36,006 nt of DNA from a virus (lineage: Duplodnaviria; Caudoviricetes): positions 1 through 36,006 of the IMG/VR virus record IMGVR_UViG_3300006029_000026, one strand, 5' to 3'. The notes under the pieces are model-generated. The model saw nothing but the letters and a program-made list of their open reading frames with translations, was not told the DNA's origin and ran no database searches. The translations under genes and the position numbers were made by a program. Positions 27,374 to 36,006 of this stretch are shown piece by piece (positions within the stretch are counted from its first letter, which is position 1; every line of letters starts with the position of its first letter).

Positions 27374-29101
27374 ATGGCAATTTCAACACCATTACAGTCT
27401 CCTGGCATATTTGTTAGAGAGATTGATCTTACTGGGGTTGTTCCGAATGTTCCTACGTCTACTGGCGGTTTTGTTGGGGAATTTAACTGGGGTCCTGTAG
27501 AGGAAACTCAATTAATTTCAACAGAAACCGGTTTGGTAGAAGCATTTGGTTCACCTGACAGTGATAACACAGTAGAGTGGCATTCTGCTGCCTACTTCTT
27601 AAGATATTCAAACGAGCTTCAAGTCGTTCGAGTTGTAGAATCCGCAACGAATGGTTTCGATGTGGCATCAGGCGCTGCAGCACCTCTTGTCAAAAATAGA
27701 GATAACTTCGATAACCAAATCAGTGCACTTAACGATAGCGATCATTCGTTTATCGGCAAATATCCAGGTGAGGTTGGTAACTCGATCTCTATTCACTGGT
27801 GTGGTGCAGATTCTTCGGGTGATTCCGACTTTAACGCTTGGACTTATAATACAAGCTTTGATACAGCGCCAGGTACATCTGCACATGCAACAGACGCTGG
27901 AGCATCAGGCGATGAAGTCCATGTAGTAGTAGTTGATCGCCTTGGCGAACTATCAGGTACTAGAGGCCAAGTCTTAGAAACCTTCCCATTTGTATCTCTT
28001 GCAAAAGGTGCATTAAGCGCTGATGGTTCATCTAATTACATCCTCGACAGAATCAACAACGGTTCTAAATACACTTGGATGGCTGGATTTGGTACTGGCA
28101 ACTTTAGCGTACAAGCAGGTACAAATGCGGCTTCTGGTAAAGACTATGCTCAGTCGGGTGTAGTAACTAAATCTATCAATTTCACAGGTGGTTCAAATGG
28201 TAATGCTCTTGGCGTAGGCGACTATGCAACAGGCTTTGACTTATTTGAAGATAAAGAAAATCTGCTAATAGATTTCTTAATTGCTCCAGGTATGAACGCC
28301 CGTGCGGATCAAACTTCGGTAGTTAACGATTGTGTTGCGATTGCACAGGGTATTCGTAAAGACTGTGTAGTAGTTACTTCACCTGCAAGATCTGATATTA
28401 TTAATAATACAGATCCAACCACAAGTACTGTTACAACTGGTAATACATTTACTAGTTCGTCTTACCTTATTGTTGACAACAACTACCTAAAGGTATATGA
28501 TAAGTTTAACGATCAATACATCTATATTCCAGCGGCATCTTCTGTTGCAGGTATTATGGCTGCTACTGATGCAGTTGCTGCTCCTTGGTTCTCGCCAGCT
28601 GGTCCACGTAGAGGTCAGATGCTTGGTATTACTTCACTGGCATACTCTCCTAACCAGACTCAGCGTGACACTCTTTACAAAGCAGGCATTAACCCGATCG
28701 CAAATATTCCTGGTCAAGGTGTAATGTTATTCGGCGATAAGACTAAGCTTTCTCGTCCAAGTGCATTCGATCGTATTAACGTACGTCGTCTGTTCCTCGG
28801 TATTGAAAGAGCGATCTCTGTTGCAGCACGTAACGTTATGTTTGAATTCAACGATGAGTTTACTCGCGCAGAGTTTAAAAATGTTATCGAGCCTTTCCTT
28901 AGAGAAATCCAAGGTCGAAGAGGTATCACCGACTTCCGCGTCGTTTGTGACGAATCAAACAACACACCGGCAGTTATAGATAGAAACGAATTCGTATGTT
29001 CGATCTTCGTCAAACCAGCACGTTCAATTAACTTCGTAACGCTTAACTTCGTTGCAGTTAGAACAGGTGTTGACTTTGAAGAAGTCGTAGGTACGGTATA
29101 A
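27374..29101 (+). CDS. gp18: Tail sheath protein gp18
   Basis: SPGIFVREIDLT, F.WGPVE, PWFSPAG..RG, SAFDRINVRRLF, KPARSINFVTLNFVA. Confidence 0.97.
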   Translation: MAISTPLQSPGIFVREIDLTGVVPNVPTSTGGFVGEFNWGPVEETQLISTETGLVEAFGSPDSDNTVEWHSAAYFLRYSNELQVVRVVESATNGFDVASGAAAPLVKNRDNFDNQISALNDSDHSFIGKYPGEVGNSISIHWCGADSSGDSDFNAWTYNTSFDTAPGTSAHATDAGASGDEVHVVVVDRLGELSGTRGQVLETFPFVSLAKGALSADGSSNYILDRINNGSKYTWMAGFGTGNFSVQAGTNAASGKDYAQSGVVTKSINFTGGSNGNALGVGDYATGFDLFEDKENLLIDFLIAPGMNARADQTSVVNDCVAIAQGIRKDCVVVTSPARSDIINNTDPTTSTVTTGNTFTSSSYLIVDNNYLKVYDKFNDQYIYIPAASSVAGIMAATDAVAAPWFSPAGPRRGQMLGITSLAYSPNQTQRDTLYKAGINPIANIPGQGVMLFGDKTKLSRPSAFDRINVRRLFLGIERAISVAARNVMFEFNDEFTRAEFKNVIEPFLREIQGRRGITDFRVVCDESNNTPAVIDRNEFVCSIFVKPARSINFVTLNFVAVRTGVDFEEVVGTV

Positions 29102-29120
29102 GCGCTAAGGAGAATATAAA

Positions 29121-29648
29121 ATGGCTATTCTTGGAGTAGACGATTTTAAGGCCAAGTTAAAAGGTGGTGGCGCTAGACCTAATCTGTTTAAAGCTACTAT
29201 TAACTTCCCAGCTTATGCAAATGGTGATGTAGAAATTACTTCATTCCTTTGTGAAGCTGCTCAGCTACCTGGATCAACAATGGGATTAATTACAATCCCA
29301 TTCCGTGGTAGACAACTTAAACTTGCTGGTGATAGAACGTTTGACACGTGGTCACCAACAATTATTAACGACACTGATTTCCGTGTTCGTAACTCAATGG
29401 AACGCTGGATGAATGGTATTAACGCACACAGTGCAAATACTGGACTGACAGCACCTATTGATTACGAAGCAGATCTGTTAGTGGAACAGTTGGACCGCGA
29501 TGGATCAATCCTAAAGACATATACCTTTAGAGGTTGCTTTCCTACCGTGGTATCTCCAATTGATCTTGCGTATTCTGCGAATGATGATATCGAAAGATTC
29601 AGTGTAGAATTCCAAGTTCAGTATTGGGAATCAAATACCACTTCCTAA
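29121..29648 (+). CDS. gp19: Tail tube protein gp19
   Basis: GGARPNLF, PFRGRQLKLAGDRTF..W..TIINDTDF, FQVQYWE. Confidence 0.97.
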   Translation: MAILGVDDFKAKLKGGGARPNLFKATINFPAYANGDVEITSFLCEAAQLPGSTMGLITIPFRGRQLKLAGDRTFDTWSPTIINDTDFRVRNSMERWMNGINAHSANTGLTAPIDYEADLLVEQLDRDGSILKTYTFRGCFPTVVSPIDLAYSANDDIERFSVEFQVQYWESNTTS

Positions 29649-29667
29649 TAAGTGGATATATAAGATC

Positions 29668-29695
29668 AGGTTGGGCGGGAACGCCCAACCTCTTT
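29668..29695 (+). terminator. GC-rich hairpin after gp19 (probable terminator/attenuator)
   Basis: AGGTTGGGCG-GGAA-CGCCCAACCT is a perfect 10-bp stem with a GNRA loop, followed by CTTT. Confidence 0.7.
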
Positions 29696-29712
29696 AAACG
29701 ATAGGATTAATA

Positions 29713-31263
29713 ATGGCTGATAACAGTTTAAAATTGTTTGGGTTCGAAATTAGCAGAACCAAAAAACAAGAACAAGATGAAAAGAATTTAAAATCTATCG
29801 TTCCTAAGGTGGACGAAGATGGTGCAGGTTATGTAACCGCATCAGGATCGCACTATGGCCAATACGTAGATATCCATGGCGACAAATCCAAAGATAATTC
29901 TTCACTTATTCAAAAATATCGTGGTGTTGCTCAGCATCCAGAAGTTGATGCAGCAATTGAAGACATTACCAATGAAGCTGTTTCTGGTGGTGATAAGATG
30001 TCGGTCAAAGTGAATCTTGACGAAACAGACCTATCCAAATCTATTAAAACTAAAATTGTCGAAGAATTTGACGAGATCCTTTATATGCTCAAATTTGGGG
30101 ATATGGGTCATGATATTTTTAGATCATGGTACATCGATGGTAGAAAAGTATACCACCTTGTAGTTGATGAAAATAATCCTAAGAAAGGCATCCAGGATAT
30201 TCGTCCAGTTGATGCTGCTAAGGTCCGTAAGGTAAAAGAAGTTATCCGTAAAAAAGATCCTATTACAGGTGCCACAATCATCGAGGGTCAAAACGAATAT
30301 TACATCTATCAAGAAAAACCTGGACAACAGAACTCTGGTATTAAACTTACAAAAGATTCTGTTATCTATACAACATCAGGTCTTTTAGATTCTACACAAA
30401 AGAACGTGGTTTCGTACCTACATAAAGCCCTTAAGCCTATTAACCAGTTGCGCATGATGGAAGACTCACTTGTGATCTATCGTCTTGCACGTGCGCCTGA
30501 ACGTCGTATCTTCTATATCGATGTTGGTAACTTGCCAAAAGGTAAAGCTGAAGAGTATATGAAAGGTATTATGACTCGTTATCGTAACAAGCTTGTTTAC
30601 GATGCTAGCACGGGTGAGATTAAAGATGACCGTAAACACATGTCTATGCTTGAAGATTTCTGGCTGCCAAGACGTGAAGGTGGACGTGGTACAGAGATTA
30701 GTACACTTCCAGGCGGTGAGAACCTAGGCCAGATTGACGATATTCTTTACTTTCAAAAAAGACTATATAGATCTTTAAACGTTCCAGTAAACCGTCTTGA
30801 GCAAGAGTCTCAGTTCTCTCTAGGTAGATCCTCTGAGATTACACGTGACGAACTTAAGTTTCAGAAGTTTATCGATCGTCTTCGTCTTCGTTTCTCTATG
30901 ATGTTTAGAGAAATGCTTAAGAGACAGCTTATTCTTAAGAACGTTATTACAGAAGAAGATTGGGAAGAATTCTCAAACCATCTTAACTTTGAATTTACCC
31001 GTGATAACCACTTCACTGAATTAAAAGACGCAGAGCTATTAAGAGAGAAACTGCAGTCACTTGATCAAGTACAAAACTATGTCGGGGAGTACTTCTCTAA
31101 AGAGTGGGTTATGAAGAACATATTGAAATTTGATGATGAGCTCATAAAACAGATGGCTGGACAGTTAGAGCAAGAAGAGCCAGAAGAATCTGAAGAACCG
31201 CCGCAGGATCAAGAAGAAGACGGTGGTTCTAACCACACTATTAATTTGAAAGTCGCAAAATAG
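29713..31263 (+). CDS. gp20: Portal protein gp20
   Basis: NQLRMMEDSLVIYRLARAPERRIFYIDVGNLPK.KAE, EDFWLPRREGGRGTEISTLPGG. Confidence 0.98.
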   Translation: MADNSLKLFGFEISRTKKQEQDEKNLKSIVPKVDEDGAGYVTASGSHYGQYVDIHGDKSKDNSSLIQKYRGVAQHPEVDAAIEDITNEAVSGGDKMSVKVNLDETDLSKSIKTKIVEEFDEILYMLKFGDMGHDIFRSWYIDGRKVYHLVVDENNPKKGIQDIRPVDAAKVRKVKEVIRKKDPITGATIIEGQNEYYIYQEKPGQQNSGIKLTKDSVIYTTSGLLDSTQKNVVSYLHKALKPINQLRMMEDSLVIYRLARAPERRIFYIDVGNLPKGKAEEYMKGIMTRYRNKLVYDASTGEIKDDRKHMSMLEDFWLPRREGGRGTEISTLPGGENLGQIDDILYFQKRLYRSLNVPVNRLEQESQFSLGRSSEITRDELKFQKFIDRLRLRFSMMFREMLKRQLILKNVITEEDWEEFSNHLNFEFTRDNHFTELKDAELLREKLQSLDQVQNYVGEYFSKEWVMKNILKFDDELIKQMAGQLEQEEPEESEEPPQDQEEDGGSNHTINLKVAK

Positions 31264-31271
31264 GAGTTATT

Positions 31272-31544
31272 ATGACTGAAGAAACAAATGGCATCTCTGA
31301 TATGATTGACCATATCTATAATTCTGAATTCGAAAAAGCAAGTGCTATCTGGAATGATGCAATTGGCCAACGCGTTGATGATGCTATAGACCAGGAAAAG
31401 ATTGCTGTAGCACAATCCATTTATACTATTGATCAAGAAGATCTTGATGATGAATTCGAAGACGAAGATCTAGATTTTTCGGATGAAGAATTAGCTGCTG
31501 CAGCTGAAGATATGGATACAGATGAAGAGTTAGATGAAGAGTGA
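31272..31544 (+). CDS. Acidic prohead core protein, gp67-like
   Basis: Small, very acidic ORF right after the portal gene; SD AGGAG. Confidence 0.65.
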   Translation: MTEETNGISDMIDHIYNSEFEKASAIWNDAIGQRVDDAIDQEKIAVAQSIYTIDQEDLDDEFEDEDLDFSDEELAAAAEDMDTDEELDEE

Positions 31545-31567
31545 TCTAACGTTTAAGGTAAACGTAA

Positions 31568-32350
31568 TTGAAAAAAGCTTTATGGGATCTAGAATCAAAT
31601 AGATTTAGCTTAGCTGAATGGGAAAAAACTAGAATAGAGTATTGGCAACCAGTACTCTATTTTAATGGTCCTAATAAACAAAAAATAGATTTTAATATAT
31701 GTGCAAAGAATGCTTGTACTACTATTAAAACTTATTTCGGTTGGGCACATGATAGGGACTGGTTAACCAAAAATAAATTTTCAGAATTGGATCTTGAAGA
31801 ATTTAAACTAGATCCTACTATTAGCGATACAGATTTAGAAAATTTAAAATCAGGTCAAATGGTATTAACCCCACTTAATACTAGAAGAAAAACTAGAATA
31901 GGACTTTGGCATAACTCAGATGATACTGGTTGGGAATTTTTTAGATATGATGTGCCTAGATTTGCTATTAAAAGAGATCCTATAAAAAGATTTATTTCAG
32001 GTTATTATCAAATCCATAATGATAACGCTTGGTTAATTTTTAAATCACATAGCTATAACATCGATGAGATGCTAGATCATTTAGAAAACAATACATTTTG
32101 GAATGAACATTTATCATCACAGACTTGGTGGATGAGTGGTAGATCTACTGATGACTTTGACTATATATATGATATTAGTCATACCAATGAATGTATGGAT
32201 CATATGCAACGTTTGATGGGATTTAAATCAGAAGTACCTGATATACATATGATGAAGACTAAAAAGTTGGATCCGCCAGAACTTACTTCACTGCAAAAAA
32301 ATCGTATCGAAGAATTATATAAAGAAGATTACTATAACGGTTGGTATTAA
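31568..32350 (+). CDS. Sulfotransferase family 2-like protein
   Basis: AKNACTTIK (5'-PSB-like KxxxT), RDPIKRFISGY (3'-PB RDP..R..S.Y), EH...Q, ELYKEDY; TTG start is uncertain. Confidence 0.75.
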   Translation: MKKALWDLESNRFSLAEWEKTRIEYWQPVLYFNGPNKQKIDFNICAKNACTTIKTYFGWAHDRDWLTKNKFSELDLEEFKLDPTISDTDLENLKSGQMVLTPLNTRRKTRIGLWHNSDDTGWEFFRYDVPRFAIKRDPIKRFISGYYQIHNDNAWLIFKSHSYNIDEMLDHLENNTFWNEHLSSQTWWMSGRSTDDFDYIYDISHTNECMDHMQRLMGFKSEVPDIHMMKTKKLDPPELTSLQKNRIEELYKEDYYNGWY

Positions 32351-32377
32351 TTCTTTTAAAGTAAAAAACATTAAACG

Positions 32378-32385
32378 TATAAATA
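32378..32385 (+). promoter_or_regulatory. T4-type late promoter
   Basis: Exact TATAAATA upstream of 32415. Confidence 0.85.
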
Positions 32386-32414
32386 AACAAGAATATTAAA
32401 ATAAAGTGTAACAT

Positions 32415-32633
32415 ATGAAAACTTTTGCACAAATTCGTGAAGCAATGAAAAAAGGCATGCCACCTGGTGAGCATGTCTATGATGCAAAAGTCGGCAAACA
32501 TGATATAATGGTACATAAAGAAAAGAATAAATTTACGGCATACATCGATATGGAGAAATTGGACATTTACAATTCTCTTAATGATGCAAAGAAAGCCGCA
32601 ACTGATTTCGTAAAAATGGCCGGAGGCAAATAA
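32415..32633 (+). CDS. Small head-cluster protein (gp68 position; possible internal head protein)
   Basis: MKTFAQIRE start resembles the T4-like capsid-targeting N-terminus; coupled to gp21 (TAATG). Confidence 0.6.
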   Translation: MKTFAQIREAMKKGMPPGEHVYDAKVGKHDIMVHKEKNKFTAYIDMEKLDIYNSLNDAKKAATDFVKMAGGK

Positions 32634-33289
32634 TGAAACTGATCACAGAATTTACAGAGACTGATGTGCAATGTATCGTCGAGAAAAAAGAAGACGGATC
32701 AAAGAATCATGTCATTGAAGGGATCTTTGCTCAGGCCGAAGGTAAAAATAGAAACGGACGTATCTACCCCAAATCCATTATGGAAAGCGCGGTAAATAAG
32801 TACGTAACAGGCCAAGTTAAAACAGGTAGGGCAGTGGGTGAATTAAACCACCCAGATGGTCCTACTATTAACTTGGATAAGGTATCCCATCTAATTACCG
32901 AACTAAGAATGGACGGTAATAATGTGATGGGTAAGGCACGTATTTTGGAAACTCCAATGGGTAAAATCGTAAAAGGTTTACTTGAGGGCGGTGTCCAACT
33001 AGGTGTATCAACTCGTGGTATGGGAAGTCTTGAACAGAGAAACGGTGTTATGTATGTCAAAGATGACTTTATGTTAAACACTATTGATATCGTTCAAGAT
33101 CCATCGGCACCTCAAGCTTTCGTTAATGGGATTATGGAAGGTGTAGAATGGATCTGGAATAACGGCGTTATCGAAGCTCAAGAAATTGAAAGAATAGAGA
33201 CAGAAATTAAAACAACTCCAAGAGCAGACCTTTATGAGGCGCAAGTTCGCGAGTTTAAGAATTTCCTCTCGTTAATGAAAAACAAATAG
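32633..33289 (+). CDS. gp21: Prohead protease gp21
   Basis: IEGIF.QAE.KNRNGR.YP, GELNHP, LGVSTRGMGSL, DIVQDPSAPQAFV.GIMEG. Confidence 0.97.
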   Translation: MKLITEFTETDVQCIVEKKEDGSKNHVIEGIFAQAEGKNRNGRIYPKSIMESAVNKYVTGQVKTGRAVGELNHPDGPTINLDKVSHLITELRMDGNNVMGKARILETPMGKIVKGLLEGGVQLGVSTRGMGSLEQRNGVMYVKDDFMLNTIDIVQDPSAPQAFVNGIMEGVEWIWNNGVIEAQEIERIETEIKTTPRADLYEAQVREFKNFLSLMKNK

Positions 33290-33298
33290 GAGTCAATC

Positions 33299-34243
33299 AT
33301 GACTGATCAAGTAGAACAGGATGTTGCACTCGATGATGACGGGATCGAAATCAGCGAAATGCAAGATGCTAAAAACACGGAAGAGGCATCTGTTGCTTCT
33401 GTGAAGAAAGCAGAAGGTGCAGGTAAATCTGCAGCGAAGCGTAAAGGCGATAAGGCTAACTCCGACAAATCCGATCTGAAAACAGGTGGTAAAGCTTCTG
33501 GCTTACAAGCTGAAGATATGGATTTCTCTGAAGACCTCGAAGCACTGATGGACGAAGAAGCTACTTTGTCTGAAGGTTTCAAAGGTAAAGCCGCAATCAT
33601 TTTTGAAGCAGCGATGAAATCAAAGCTTTCAGAAGAAATTGAGCGTCTCGAAGAAAATTATGCTACCACACTTCAGGAAGAAGTAGACACATTCAAAGCC
33701 GATATGGTTGAGAAGGTCGACGGTTATCTGAACTATGTAGTTGAAAATTGGATGAAAGAAAATGAACTTGCAATTCAGAGCGGTATCCGTACTGAGATCG
33801 CAGAAGAGTTCATGGACAAACTGCAGACACTGTTCACAGAGTCTTATATTGCAGTTCCCGATTCCAAAGTAGACCTAGTTGACGATCTGGCTAATCAGAA
33901 CTCTTCACTCGAAGAAAAACTGGATGCACAGACCGAAGACATGATCGCAATGAAAGAAGAGCTAGAATCGTTCAAGCGTTACGAAATTATTCGTGAAGCT
34001 GCACGCAATCTGGCACAAACAGAAGTTGAAAAGCTTGTTAAGCTTTCTGAAGATATCGACTTTGTAAGCGAAGAAGTCTTCGCAAGTAAAGTTGAAACAA
34101 TCAAAGAAGCTTATTTCAAGAAAGAAAAAGCAGCTACTGATTCAATCATTGAAGATGTTGCAGATGTTGATGATGGAGAAGTCCAAGACCTTTCCGAATC
34201 AATGGGGCAATATCTTAAAGCCCTTAGAAAAACACAATACTAA
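33299..34243 (+). CDS. gp22: Prohead core scaffold gp22
   Basis: LSE.FK.KA..IFEAA, KVDGYLNYVVE.WM.EN; lies between gp21 and gp23. Confidence 0.93.
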   Translation: MTDQVEQDVALDDDGIEISEMQDAKNTEEASVASVKKAEGAGKSAAKRKGDKANSDKSDLKTGGKASGLQAEDMDFSEDLEALMDEEATLSEGFKGKAAIIFEAAMKSKLSEEIERLEENYATTLQEEVDTFKADMVEKVDGYLNYVVENWMKENELAIQSGIRTEIAEEFMDKLQTLFTESYIAVPDSKVDLVDDLANQNSSLEEKLDAQTEDMIAMKEELESFKRYEIIREAARNLAQTEVEKLVKLSEDIDFVSEEVFASKVETIKEAYFKKEKAATDSIIEDVADVDDGEVQDLSESMGQYLKALRKTQY

Positions 34244-34265
34244 TAATCAACTTAGGAGTTCCGAA

Positions 34266-35582
34266 ATGGAAACTTATGATCGTTTAACCCAGAAATGGGC
34301 CCCAGTACTGAACGAAGGTACTGAAATCAAAGATGCACACAAGCGTGCGGTTACAGCTGTTGTTCTTGAGAACCAAGAAAGAGAGTTTGCTGCTCAGTCC
34401 GGTCAAGCAGCAATGCTTAACGAAGCTGCACCAGGTAACGCAACTACTTCCGCTGCTAACTGGAACCCAGTTCTGATCAGCCTCGTACGTCGTGCAATGC
34501 CAAACATGATGGCATATGATGTTGCTGGTGTTCAGCCAATGACTGGTCCAACAGGCTTGATCTTCGCAATGAAGTCACGCTACGGTGCTGGTGCAACTGG
34601 TTCGACTGAAGCACTCTTCAACGAAGCAAACACAACCTTCTCTGGCGACTCAAGTGCAACACAAGCACAAGGCCCATCAGGTCTTTCCGGTCTTACAGAC
34701 TCCAACTCAGACTCCTCGATCGACAACGATCGTACAGGTCCTGATTTTGGTGGTGCTATGCCAACAGCCGACGCAGAAGCACTTGGTTCCACAGGTGGTT
34801 CCAGCTTCGGTGAGATGGGTTTCACCATTGAAAAAGCAACTGTTACTGCAAAGTCACGTGCGCTGAAAGCCGAGTACAGCCTCGAGCTTGCACAGGATTT
34901 GAAAGCAATCCACGGTCTTGACGCAGAGACAGAGCTTGCAAACATTCTCTCAACAGAGATTCTTGCAGAGATCAACCGCGAAGTTATTCGCACGATCAAC
35001 AGCCAAGCTAAAACCGGTGCTCTTACAGCTAACACAGCAATCAACGGTATCTTTGACTTGTCAACAGATGCAGATGGTCGTTGGAGTGTAGAAAAGATCA
35101 AAGGTCTTATTCTTCAGCTTGAGCGTGAAGCTAACACAATCGCAAAAGAAACACGTCGCGGTAAAGGTAACTTTGCTATCGTGTCTTCAGACGTAGCTTC
35201 TGCACTTGCAGCTTCAGGCATGCTTGACTATTCTCCTGCAATGTCAACTGCTCTTAACGTAGACGATACAGGTAACACATTCGCTGGTGTACTTAACGGT
35301 CGCATGAAGATCTATATCGATCCATATGCATCTGCAGATTACATCAACGTTGGCTATAAGGGTACAAACCCATATGACGCCGGTGTGTTCTACTGCCCAT
35401 ACGTACCGCTTACAATGGTTCGCGCCGTTTCTGAGGAAACGTTCCAGCCTAAAATTGGTTTCAAGACACGCTACGGCATGGCTTCTAACCCATTCGTTGG
35501 TACATCTCCTGCGGACGGTCTTGCAACTGCTAAGACTAACCAATATTACAGAATATTTCGAGTTGACAATATCCTCGCATAA
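34266..35582 (+). CDS. gp23: Major capsid protein gp23
   Basis: KWAPVL, LISLVRRAMPN, GVQPMTGPTGLIFAM, SRALKAEYSLELAQDLKAIHGLDAE, FQPKIGFKTRYG. Start set at ATG 34266 after SD AGGAG. Confidence 0.98.
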   Translation: METYDRLTQKWAPVLNEGTEIKDAHKRAVTAVVLENQEREFAAQSGQAAMLNEAAPGNATTSAANWNPVLISLVRRAMPNMMAYDVAGVQPMTGPTGLIFAMKSRYGAGATGSTEALFNEANTTFSGDSSATQAQGPSGLSGLTDSNSDSSIDNDRTGPDFGGAMPTADAEALGSTGGSSFGEMGFTIEKATVTAKSRALKAEYSLELAQDLKAIHGLDAETELANILSTEILAEINREVIRTINSQAKTGALTANTAINGIFDLSTDADGRWSVEKIKGLILQLEREANTIAKETRRGKGNFAIVSSDVASALAASGMLDYSPAMSTALNVDDTGNTFAGVLNGRMKIYIDPYASADYINVGYKGTNPYDAGVFYCPYVPLTMVRAVSEETFQPKIGFKTRYGMASNPFVGTSPADGLATAKTNQYYRIFRVDNILA

Positions 35583-35624
35583 GAGGTTATTTAACAATAA
35601 AATGACTCTGGTAACAGAGCAACT

Positions 35625-35651
35625 AGAGGCGCTTCGGCGCCTCTTTTTTTT
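35625..35651 (+). terminator. Rho-independent terminator after gp23
   Basis: AGAGGCGC-TTCG-GCGCCTCT followed by a T run; C(UUCG)G tetraloop typical of T4-like phages. Confidence 0.92.
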
Positions 35652-35683
35652 ATCTTTTTTTATTCAGTGTAGATAATAATTTG

Positions 35684-35691
35684 TATAAATA
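35684..35691 (+). promoter_or_regulatory. T4-type late promoter for the HNH gene
   Basis: Exact TATAAATA just after the terminator. Confidence 0.8.
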
Positions 35692-35755
35692 AAGTTGTAG
35701 ATCACGAGGTTGCAGCCTCTACCTACTCTAGAAACACAAAAGAGAAAGTTCCAGC

Positions 35756-36006
35756 ATGACTATATATCACAAACATCATATTGTTCCTAAGCATATGGGT
35801 GGATCAGATGATACATCAAACTTAGTAGAACTTACTATAGAAGAACATGCACAAGCCCATTTAGACTTATATAATGAACACGGTTGGCATCAGGATTTGG
35901 TTGCCCACAGAATGTTGCTAGGTCAAATTAGTAAAGCAGAAGCTATTAAAGAATTACAAAAGAAACCTAAATCCATTGCTTGGAAAAAGAAAAAATCAGA
36001 AGCAAT
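35756..36006 (+). CDS. Free-standing HNH homing endonuclease (3' truncated; absent from ORF track)
   Basis: Manual translation gives MTIYHKHHIVPKHMGGSDDTSNLVELTIEEHAQAHLDLY..., the HHI.P...GG.D...NL..LT..EH...H HNH motif; the frame is open to the window end. Confidence 0.88.
   Translation, partial: MTIYHKHHIVPKHMGGSDDTSNLVELTIEEHAQAHLDLYNEHGWHQDLVAHRMLLGQISKAEAIKELQKKPKSIAWKKKKSEA

Noticed and set aside
34092-34265. N-terminal extension of gp23 in the ORF track
   Set aside because: It overlaps gp22; the ATG at 34266 has an AGGAG SD and gives the typical gp23 start.
35606-35619. Small hairpin CTCTG-GTAA-CAGAG after gp23
   Set aside because: Only 5 bp; it may stabilise the mRNA but is too short to call as a separate element.
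1-36006. Stop-codon reassignment, tRNAs or introns in gp17/gp20/gp23
   Set aside because: Core genes are full length in the standard code with tight packing, and no cloverleaf or interrupted reading frame was seen.

Overview
This window is the virion morphogenesis region of a T4-like myophage, all on the + strand. The gene order resembles marine or environmental T4-like phages: end of a gp8-like baseplate wedge gene; a VrlC-like baseplate protein split into two genes at a Hint (intein-like) domain; several fibre genes; a glycosyltransferase/oxygenase cassette; then gp13-gp23 (neck, terminase, sheath, tube, portal, protease, scaffold, major capsid) with a sulfotransferase inserted in the head cluster; and a truncated HNH homing endonuclease. 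T4 late promoters (TATAAATA), one early-type promoter and hairpin terminators are visible. The most striking signal is two adjacent paralogs (8796-10883, 10893-14219) built of Arg/Ser/Thr tetrapeptide blocks and Gly/aromatic/acidic tetrapeptide blocks. The blocks are nested in mirror order with matching unit counts and position-specific covariation, like an RNA stem-loop written in amino acids. This implies giant intramolecular beta-hairpin filaments, one with a single tip and one forked with two variable tips. Also notable are a virion-wide excess of D-S-D/D-S-A tripeptides near modifying enzymes and short C-terminal tags shared between fibre proteins. All calls come from motif recognition and manual counting; no searches were run.
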